Assembly: GCA_951406725.2 (NCBI GenBank)
Contig: OX597818.1
Span: 372,001 to 436,000 of the forward strand
DNA length: 64,000 bases
From: Octopus vulgaris
Lineage: Eukaryota
Reading direction: 5' to 3'
This document shows positions 53,628 to 64,000 of this stretch, in pieces. The notes under the pieces were generated by a model, which had not been told where the DNA came from, ran no database searches, and worked only from the letters and a program-made list of their open reading frames with translations. The translations under genes and the position numbers were made by a program. How positions within the stretch are numbered: the first letter of the stretch is position 1; every line of letters starts with the position of its first letter.

Positions 53628-56600
53628 TACATATATACATACATATATCGATGTACATATGCGCTGTTGTGTTGTTTTGCATGATATTGCTGCTGCTTGT
53701 TGGAAAATTATAAGGGAACCTGGAAGAAGCACTTTTACCACAAAAAAATAAAAACATGTCTCTCTCTCTCCTTATCACACAACAAAATATTGCTTTATCT
53801 CACTGTACCCAACGCAATGTCCTGGGACCAGGTGTGTTAGGGACCAGAGGGTAGCCTCCCCAGTTATCACATAAAGTCAAGAGATAGCCATCTCTGAAGC
53901 AGACCAGATGTTGCCAGTATAGTGGGGTGGGTTAGAGGCAGGGAAGAGGAGATATAAAAAGAAAGTAGGAGGTAAAAATAAATGTCTCCTTCAAGCCATG
54001 CCTACACACTCCCCAACCATGCCTGTTCCCCTAAACTACTTTCACTAGCCCTCTCCTCCCATCTCTTATACAGGGTTTGCTACCTACCTTTTCATGCACC
54101 ATTCACACTCTCAGATTTAGACAAGTTACAGACCCACTACCATTACTATCTCCATCACCATAGCCATACCACAGCACAAGCAATGTTACTGGTCATGATG
54201 GTGGCGGTGGTAGAGAGACAGAGAGAAAGATGGGGAGGTAGGAGATAAGGTGACTGAGGCAGAGAGAAAATTGAAGGGGTGGCAGACATAAAAAAACAAA
54301 AAACAAGCTGAAATCAGAGCAGAGACAAGTGTATGCAGTGGGGAAGAGAGATGGGAGGGACACCAAAGGGGAGGGAGGAGCTGATGGTAGTGAGGAAAGG
54401 AAGTGGGGGGAAGTATTGTTAAAGTAGAAAAGTGAAATTCATTCATTCATTGAACATATGGAAAGTTACAGGAGGTAAAAAAGGAGGGGATAAGGTAAAA
54501 TTATGAGAAAGAGGGGCAGGGAAGCAAGGAGAATAGAATTGCCTTACTGGAGTTAAAGGGACCTGTGTGTGTATGCATGTGTGAGAGAGAGAGAGACTGA
54601 CAGACAGATATTTATTGGTTTCACAATATATGACATTGCAAGTAACTTCATCATCATCATCTAATCACCATCCTTTCTTATGCAACCATAGCATCTCTTC
54701 AGCATATAACACATCTCAGCAATAAAATAAAAGGGGAAAACCTAGCATGGGGAAGGGGAGAGTGTGGTATATTTTGCGTGTAATCCAGTCTGTTTCCAAT
54801 TTCAATAGTCCATTTGATCTCTCCTACATAATACAATAATGTATTCCCTTGATGATCCTGTATGATTGTAGTTGAAACATCCAAGCAAGGGTTCCAAACG
54901 ACCACAATGGTGAAATGTACATAGGGAACAAATGATATAAACTTATTTATCATAATTTTTCACACACACACCTTTTACTTTTTACTTGTTTCAGTCATTA
55001 GACTTCAGCAATTTTGGGGCACCACCTTGAAGAAATTTTAGTCAAATGAATCAACCCCAGTAATTTGTCTTTTTTTAAGCCTTGAAGTGTAAACACACCA
55101 ACACTGGTTGTCAAGCAGTGGAGCAGGGACAAACACCATATATATATATATATATATGATGATGATGATGATATATGTATGTATACACACACACAAAGGG
55201 CTTCATTCAGTCTCCATCTAACAAATCTACTCACAAGGCTTTGGTTGGCCCAAGGCTTAGTAGAAGACACTTGCCCAAGCTGTCACACAGTGAGATGAAC
55301 CCAGAACCATGTGGTTGAGAAGCAAGCTTCTTACCGCACAGCCACGCCTGTGCATATATATATATATAAAATTTTAATGTACACATTTCCATGCCTGTAT
55401 GAGCTAGACTGTTTATTGAGGCAAACTTTGGTTACATTCATTCGGAAGTCTCTGATATAAGGGAGAAAACTCTAACCCCTTCTACCATCTATCTCTAACA
55501 ATCATAACAAGACTGGGGCTTTTGACTAAAAAAAATTTTCAACAAGACATAATGTTCCATCAGAGAATCTTGGCACCAAAGAGGAAATCTTTTAGTTACT
55601 GGGACTAAATACCAAATAAGTCAGTTGTGACTAATTCAGTTATCTTTCTTTTGTTTAAATTTGTGAATTCTACATGCACCATGATGAAACAAAACTGGCC
55701 TCATGTTGAAATATTTTCTACTCCACAAAAGTACATAAACACACTTACACTGATAAACACACACACATGTAGTATAGTAAGAGAATATTTATGTGACGTG
55801 TGTATTGTAATCAATAAAAATCCATAAAGCAAAGAAACTGTTGTTAGACAATCATAGACACAACTTTGTCCTCCCTTCATCTTTCAACCAAACCAAAGTC
55901 TTCCCTTCCTCCCTCAAGCTTGTACCATCAACAAGTTTTAATGATTTTCACTATCCATTTTTCTTCTTGTTCATTACTTGACGTTACTCCATCCCCACCT
56001 CCAAAGTTTTCTATACACGACTTTAGAACTTTCTCTCTCAACACCATATTGCAACAAGGAAGCCTCTAAATAGGCACTTGACCTTCAAGAAATAGTAGCC
56101 AAATGCTCATCAAGTCACATTCTACTTAAAAAATGAAGAAAATCTTAATTCTTTGACATTTTTTATTCTTTGTATTTCAGTTTATAAGAGAATTAAGAAA
56201 AGTTGCACCAATTCCAGTCAGGCAGAAAGTTTCAAACAGAATGAAAACCATCTGAAGTTATTCAAATAAATGTCTTTTACACACCAACCAGCCAATCAAC
56301 TAAATAGTTTTGATGGCAAACACTGCACATTGGGGGAAAATTTGACTGAATGAGTAGTGTGGTAGGGAGTATAGGGTTCCCTGTTGTGTTCTGTTAGAAG
56401 ATCAGTTAAAAGAGAGAGAAAGAGAGAGAGGATGAAGATGACAATTGTGAACTAAGTTTCCAAAATATAAGAAGTAGTACTAATAAGGTTTAACTGTGTT
56501 ATTATAACAGCTGTTATTGAGGACTGACTTAACAAACACAGCTGCTCTAACTTGAAAACAGGAATATCCTCAAGTAGGTAAGTGTGGCACCAAACTAAAC

Positions 56601-57362
56601 CCGTTAAGCATATCTCTTTGAAGAGAAATAACAGAACTGGAACAAATATTCCACAATTAAAAGATGAAAGCTATGACAACCAAATAAGCAGAAAATTGGC
56701 AGAACGTAAACTAAATGTGTTTTTGTTCCAGCTTTCCAGCTCTAAATTCAACTTTGCTTTTCATCCTTTTGTAGTTAAGAAAGTAGAATAAAATTGCTTG
56801 ACTAGTCCTGACCAGTCTTGGGCAGTTGGTCAGCAATAATATTAGAGTGAAGGACCAGATACCTGTACTTATTCTTTGTGTTCTGAGTTCTTAGTGGGTA
56901 GACTTAATCTGTCACTCAATTCAACACTCCACAACCACTACTTGGTTCTCCAGTACCATGAGTAGAGTTCACTTTTGCCAACATTCAAGTTATATATCCA
57001 GTTTGTAGATAACTTACTCCCTACAGTCCCTCTCACTAACCTTCCTGAATAATAAAAAAGCTAGAGGCACTACTCAACTCACTTTGAATAAACAACAATG
57101 AAAAAATTCTCTATAATATCATCTTCCTAAAACTTTGCCACACAAACCGCTTTAGCTACTTCATCTTCCCATGTTTGTTCTGCTTATTTCCCTTCCAAAA
57201 GGCTCACTTTTCTTTGTTGAAAATCAACTTCTTCCTGTTTGCCAATTAAGTATGTTACATCTCTAAACCAACGTTGTGTTCTTTTTCTTTCCAGTTATCT
57301 TTCTTTACTTTTTATTTCCTCTAAAAGACAATTTTAATCTTTTTCTTTTGCTCACAATACAT

Positions 57363-57536
57363 TTCAGTCAATGTAACTATTAACTTACAAAGTTAATAGT
57401 TACATTGACTGAATCATTTCTTTTAACAACATTTGTAAGTTTTGTCATAGGAATTAATCAGGATTAGCACTAAATTGTTATTTTATTCCATGGAAGAATT
57501 TGACAAAACTTACAAATGTTGTTAAAAGAAATGATT
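57363..57536. repeat. Two abutting perfect inverted repeats (24 bp and 36 bp arms)
   Basis: 57363-57386 pairs with 57390-57413; 57412-57447 pairs with 57501-57536. Confidence 0.92.
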
Positions 57537-58976
57537 TTATCTTAATGTAATAATAATAATAATAACAATAATAATAATAATCCTTTTTGTTATAGGTACA
57601 AAATCTGGAATTTGGGGGCAGGGAGGGCAGTCAATTACATTGACCACCAGCACTCAACTGGTACTTATTTCATCAACCCCAAAAGGATGAAAAGCAAAGT
57701 TGATCCCAAACTGCATCTCTTCTAAACTGACTCTCTCCCTAATTAATTAGTTGGGTTATGACCCTCTCCGTAACCTTCATTACCTGATCCAACAACTTGA
57801 TATCAAGTTGTTACCAAATAACAACAATAATGATTATCTAACAAGGCTACAATTTAGGAGGGTAAGATAGTTGATTAGAATGACCCCTCAGTTACTTATT
57901 TTATTGACCCTGAAGTAAGTAAACCACAGTAGGATTTAAGCTTAAAACATAGAGATGAAATGAAGTATCGTAAGGTATTTCCCTACTCAGTCTACTGGTT
58001 CTATTTCAGTGGCCTAAATGTAATGGACAGAGTGATTTAATATGGTGGGGTGGGGTGGGGGCATATTTACAGGTGGTTACTCTGTTATAAGCATTCAGGA
58101 TAGGTGTCTTGTTTGAAAGTAAACTGCCCCCTTCCTCTCGCCATTCTTGAAGACCCTAAAAAGGGACACTGTTGCTATCATTTCTCTTGTGGTTAAGCAA
58201 TAAAACACATAAGAAGTTAATACACTTCATTGATTATACATTGAGTTCAGTGCACATGGAAGGCAACATTATCTTTCAGTCTTCCAAGCTCAATAAAATG
58301 AAGAACCAGACACATAGTAAGGTCCACATAACTGACTATAAGTTCCTCTCCCCAACTATAAACGTGAGGCCTTTTGCCAAGGTTTGAACTAAATACACTA
58401 TTTTTGTGTGAACCTACCTCATTTTGTTTAGCCCTTTGTCAGCTCTGATTCAACAAGTTTATTATCAAAAGCAAGGAAACCAAGACCATTAGGAGTATCT
58501 GGAGCACATTATACAATGTCCTTTTTTTCTCAGACAAATATAATTTGAGAAATATTTGGCTACTATGTCTGGTAGGTAGAGATCACTGAAAGGTTCCATT
58601 ATTCATTTAATGTAGTGCATGTTGTAGTTTGTAATCAGTAGCCATTGGTTACAAACTGCAGTAATTAATTGTTCCAAATAAATGATTACTTCAATTGGTC
58701 TATTAAAATTAGGGGTCAGCCCATTCCTAAACCTATTATTTTTTTAATCTTTAAAAATTACACAAGACATCTCTTTGAAGAAGCCACTGATGACATCTGG
58801 TTGACCTTTCAGATGACTAATCAAAAATGTAGTTCTTTGAAAAATCTTTTGACAATTTGATATAGCATCTGATGATTTGGATTTAATTAAATTACAAATT
58901 GCATGTTTAGTACTCATTCATGCATGCATGCACACACACACACACACACACACATACATACATATATATATATAAC

Positions 58977-59088
58977 CATCATCATCATCATCATCGTTTA
59001 ACATCCGCTTTCCATGCTAGCGTGAGTTGAACCGTCCAACCCATGCTAGCATGGAAAGCGGACGTTAAACGATGATGATGATGATGAT
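58977..59088. mobile_element. Palindromic fusion of two RTE 3' termini
   Basis: (CAT)n cgtttaacatccgctttccatgctagcgtgagttg / aaccgtc / caacccatgctagcatggaaagcggacgttaaac (GAT)n. Confidence 0.85.
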
Positions 59089-59536
59089 ATATTACAATGA
59101 AATAGGTTTACCATCTATTTCCTGGACCATGGTTTCAGACTTTTTTTTAGCAATTTCTAAAATTTTTATTACCCTGATATTATTAATTATGTGTGTGCAT
59201 GTATATATATGTATATATACAGAAGCTTTCTCACCCCCCCCCACACACACACATTGATTTTATCCAATGGTGATGAATAATGTTAGCATTAATTTAAAAC
59301 CCTAAGTTTAAAAGGTTTGTTTATAGAATTATAGTGGAACTGATGTTATGCTGTTGATAGAGATTGTGGGAGATTCTTTAAGACACATGGAAATAAAAAA
59401 ATAAAAGATTAGAAAACATTCTTTGTTAGCTGTTTTGTGGCCCAAAGCTAGGGATAAACATATTGAAAGTAACAGGCAATGAGGGAAGTCGTTCATGAGG
59501 GGGTGATTTTTCATAAATGTATTGTCAAATTTCTAG

Positions 59537-60128
59537 TTAAACCCTTTCAAGTCCAATCCACATGAAACTGCCCCTTTTTCTGTGATACAAAACTCTATGT
59601 TTTAAAATAATCTTAAAACCAACCATGAAAATTTCATACTAATTTATATGCCAAACACTAATTAAATAATTTCTTATCTTTTATGTGTTTCAGTCATTAA
59701 GACTGTGGCATCGCCTTGAAGGAGTTTTAATCAAATGTATCAATCCCAGTAGTTATTCTATCAGTTTCTTTTGCCAAACTACTAAGTTATTGGGATGTAA
59801 ACAGACCAGCACCAGTTGTTAAGTGATGGCAGTGGGAAAGAAACACAGACAACACACATATGATATATATGACGGGCTTCTTTCAGTTTCTGTCTAGCAA
59901 AATCCACTTGTAAGGCTTTGGTCAGCCTGAGGTTATAGTAGAAGACACCTGACCAAGGTGCCATGCAGTGCAACTGAACCCTGAACCATGTAGTTGAGAA
60001 GCAAGCTTCTTAGCACACAGTCACACGTGTACCTAATGACAAGTTATTTTAATAAATACTTTATTATTTTCAAAATTAAATGTAACAAACACTATATTTC
60101 AACAGAAATATGGTAACAAAAACATTAA
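59537..60128. mobile_element. Possible non-autonomous piggyBac-like MITE interrupted by a SINE (about 59670-60033)
   Basis: Starts ttaa-accctttc and ends ggtaacaaaaaca-ttaa. The right end is degraded, so the call rests on TTAA flanks and my recollection of a similar repeat. Confidence 0.35.
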
Positions 60129-60704
60129 TCTTCAAAGTGATGTTGAAAAAATAGTTAGCGTCAGTGACTTTCACATTTTCTTAAATATGCATGAATTACA
60201 GGGTGACTGTATTATGGAAAAAGGGGTTGTTGAGCTAGTAACCATATTATATAAAAGGAGTTGGTGTTGTTGCTTAGTCCCATGGTCAATCCTAACTGAA
60301 CAGGTTAATAAGCAAAAATCTTCCAACTATGATTATTCTTGTTTTTTGCTCAGCAGTGACTTCATTATCCAATGTGTCCTTCCTATACAAAGACAGTAAG
60401 ATATGATTTGAAGGAGATTTGACTGCTATTTCTAGTACATTGAAGAACCAAATAGAAACTCCCTCTTTGGGTCATTATGAGAAAAGAGCAACAGACAAAT
60501 ACAATATACACTGTAGGTGTTATTTAGCCTGAAGTCCATTCTGATTAAGGAAATCCATAATTAAAGATACACAATAACATTTTACTTCTATTTCTTGCAA
60601 GTCATGTCATAGAGCATTTGATGTAACAATAAATAAAAGTTGCTGCAAGATAGTATCATGTTGTAGACTTGATTTGACAATAACTTAATCACCATGAAAG
60701 ATCC

Positions 60705-60748
<44 letters not shown>

Positions 60749-60779
60749 TGATGATAATGGTGATGATGATGATAATCTT

Positions 60780-60990
60780 TTCTACAATAGGCACATGGCC
60801 TGAAATTTGGTAGGAGGGGGTAAGTCGATCACATCGACACCAGCACTTGACAGGTACTTAATTTATTGACCCTGAAAGGATAAAAAGCAAAGCTGACCTC
60901 AGCGGAATTTGAACTAAGAACGTAAAGACGGACGAAATGCCACTAAGCATTTTGCCTGGTGTGCTAACGATTCTGCCAGCTCACTGACTT
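60780..60990 (-). mobile_element. tRNA-derived SINE between (AAT)n tracts
   Basis: Reverse complement of the 18846 family. Confidence 0.85.
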
Positions 60991-61207
60991 ACTTAATAAT
61001 AATAATCATAATAATAATGATAATAATAATAATGATAATAATAATAATAATCATGACAAAAAATCAAATCAAAATCGAAATCAATCAACATCAATAGAAT
61101 TTGTAGTTGTGGTACCAGTGCCGGTGGCACACAAGAGAAAGCGGACGTTAAACGATGATGATAATAATAATAAAAACAATAATAATAATTATTATTATTA
61201 TACTGTC

Positions 61208-62360
61208 CATGCAGTGGCATGGACAGTAGATGAACTAAACAGCTTAGACAGAAAGACAAGGAAGTTGCTAACTAGATATGGGTCACTTCACCGAAAAAGT
61301 GACACAGACAGACTGTATGTACCAAGAAAAAGAGGGGGAAGAGGACTTATTGGATGCGAACACAGCATTAGAGCAGAAGAAAACAACACAGCATGGTATG
61401 TAAAAAATGCCACAGAACCACTGTTATTAGAAGTAGGAAGGTCAGGCTTGTGTAGGATGAAAGACTGCGAAGATAAAGCACTATACAAGAAATTGAAAAC
61501 AAATGAAACTGAAAATAGGTTGGTAAAGAAAAGAATGCATAGTCAATTTCATAGGGATGTTGAAGATAAGACATACAGATAAAAAAGATGGCTGTGGATG
61601 ACTAAAAGTGATTTAAGACTGGAAATGGAGGCTCTAATCTGTGCTGCCCAAGAGCAAGCACTAATAACAAACTACATAAAATACAGAATAGATAACACAT
61701 CAGAAAGTGATAAGTGCGGAATCTGTGGACAAAATGATGAAACCATATGGCATATTACCAACCAATGTACACCACTAGCCCAAAAGGATTATAAGAGACG
61801 CTACGACGATAAAACCAAGCTTGTCCATTGGACACATTACAACAAGTATGGATTTGACAGAGAAAAAAATTGGTACGACCACAAACCTGAAGGCATTGTC
61901 AAAAATAGAAATGCAAAGATCCTATGGGATTTTATGATTCAGTGTGACCATGAGATTGAGAACAGGAAGCCGGACATAGTCTTAATTGAGAAAGAAAACT
62001 AACTATGCTGGTTCATAGATATAGCATGCCCAGCTGAGAATAAGGTATGTGATAAGGAAGAAAGAAAAGTCGAGAGATATGACAGGTTAGTTTGGGAAGT
62101 TAAGCAGTTGTGGTCGATGAAAAAGGTAACAGTAGTACCAATAATTGTCAGAGCCCTGGGGACAGTGAGTTAAAATCTCACGAAGTATGTGGAACAAATG
62201 GGGGCTGCAATAAAGGTGGAGCACTTGCAGAAAACAGCACTGCTTGGAACCGCTCGAATACTCCGGAAGATGCCCGCAAAATAAGAAGTGTTACCTTAGT
62301 TCACTGGTAGTGAAGAGCTGACACTAGTACATCTCCAGCATTAGAAGCTTTGCAAAGGCA
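61208..62360 (+). mobile_element. 5'-truncated R4/Dong-clade non-LTR retrotransposon (restriction-like endonuclease type), pseudogenised
   Basis: LDRKTRKLLT...RLYVPRKRGGRGL; ICAAQEQAL; CCHC knuckle CGICGQNDETIWHITNQC; RLE motif ILWDF..QCDHEIENRKPDIVLI...FIDIACP; VVPIIV.ALG; LQKTALLGTARILRK. In-frame stops. Confidence 0.9.
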
Positions 62361-63268
62361 ACAAACAACAACAATAATAATAATAATGATTTAAGTACAA
62401 GATCAGTAATTTTCAGGAGAGGGGATTATCATTTGACACCATCAACTTCAATATTTGAGGGGTACTTTATTCTATCAACCACTGCAAGGATGAAAGACAA
62501 AGTTGACCTCAGCAGAGTTTCAACTCAGAATGTAAAGAGCTGAAACAAATTCTACAAAGCATTTTTTTCTGTTGCTCTAAAGATTCTGCCAGCTCATTAC
62601 TGCTGCTGCAGTAACAGCAACAACGATGATGATAATAATGAGGCAGCGGATAATGATGCCATCCATAATGCTGTTGATAACAATGGTGCAAATAGTGACA
62701 CAAATGGAGTAGAAATGAATATAAGGACAATCTTGATATTGGCAATGAATGAAGTGAGGTTTTCTAACATAACTAGAAATAAACAAAACTTAAAATAATG
62801 CGAATTGGTGATATTCAAGCCTTTCTCAAGTACAGTAGTGATATAAATGAAGTGAAGCAGCTGCATCTGAGAAATGAACCTGGAGAGAGAAAATGTGTGC
62901 CTGAATTCAGTTCATTAAATGAAATGCAAAAGAAACACCAAAATTATCATATTTTCAGGTTAACTACTTTCAGATTGGTGTTACTAACTAGTTTTACTAA
63001 TTAAATATTTATGGTAACTATTAACTATGAATGTTTGATTCTTTAAAAATAGATTTAATGTTCTTAAATTACAGATGAGTTTTAAGGTGGGAAAATCTAG
63101 AATTCTAATAAAAGCAATAAACCACATTACACCATAACAACTATTGTAGTTAATGTATACAAGAGAGGGCGCTGTAATGATACTGTATGAAATGTCTGTG
63201 AATTATGGCATTAGGGCTATTTCCAATATTTCCAACAGGATAAACAGTCATGACAAGAACAACCATCA

Positions 63269-63547
63269 TGGATATCATTTCTGTAGTTACTTTCCACTTC
63301 CACTTCACTCCAAGCTAGGATGGATATGTGGAGATGCGTGGCTTAGTGGTTAGGGTGTCAGCATCATGATCGTTAGATTGTGGTTTCGATTCCTGGACTG
63401 GGTGACGCATTGTGTTCTTGAGCAAAATACTTCATTTCACGTTGCTCCAGTCCACTCAGCTTGAAAAAAACGAGTAACGCTGCGATGGACTGGCGTCCCG
63501 TCCAGCTGGGGAACACATACGCCATAGAAACCGGGAAACCAGGCCCA
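63269..63547 (+). mobile_element. tRNA-derived CORE-like SINE, well preserved
   Basis: A-box tggcttagtgg and B-box ggtttcgattcc, then tgtgttcttgagcaaaatacttcatttcacgttgctccagtccactcagc and gcgatggactggcgtcccgtccag. Confidence 0.8.
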
Positions 63548-64000
63548 GGAGCCTGGCTAGGATGGATACAGTGGCACAATGACAACTACAACATTTCCAG
63601 TTCAAAATTCATGTCCCTACATCCAATAACCCTATGTCACCAACATCACCATCTTAATCATCCGCCTCACCCTTTTTACATCTCACTGACTACGCTGGCA
63701 TGGGTTGCACAAAACATTTTCAGGTAGTCTTTTAAAACAGGGTATCTGTCCTAATGGTAACACTGTTATTGCCTCAAATAATAATTTTGGGAGATTGTAT
63801 GTGCGTTTTTGCATATACTGGAGAGAAGACTCCTGCAATAAATATAAAATAAACTCAAACTTTCAAAATCTATTTGGCTAATAGAATGTCAATGACCAAA
63901 ACCTTGACAGGATCTCTGAGGTTGGTAACAAGGATACAGTTGATGCTTAATGAGAGACAATAAAAGAACCATATAACCCTTAAGAAGAAGGGCAGTGACC

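Noticed and set aside
533-63727. The many 60-150 aa ORFs rich in HT, YI, CV, LS or ER repeats
   Set aside because: Translations of microsatellites, SINEs or antisense frames of real features; no splice or homology support.

Overview
AT-rich, repeat-dense animal genomic DNA. The repeat families look like those of a coleoid cephalopod (probably Octopus); this is pattern recognition, not a database result. The only host gene I can support is part of a minus-strand PHLDB/LL5-family gene, with three coding exons (34932-36610, 9745-9870, 7812-7949) that splice in frame. The rest is intron filled with microsatellites, tRNA-derived SINEs, RTE LINE copies of several ages, a CR1-type tail, Tc1 and mariner relics, and an R4/Dong-type element sitting in (TAA)n. 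Most ORFs in the supplied track are microsatellite or repeat noise. The most interesting observation is a composite element, split by an RTE insertion, that reconstructs as tRNA-like Pol III head + (AAT)n + a tail carrying a minimal Penelope-type hammerhead ribozyme motif. Also notable are an 8-unit structured tandem array in an RTE 3' UTR, a PHD-finger-like insert in the RTE ORF, several long hairpins, a locally templated insertion with 16-bp direct repeats, and inverted LINE tails bracketing host exons. Boundaries of degraded repeats are approximate.
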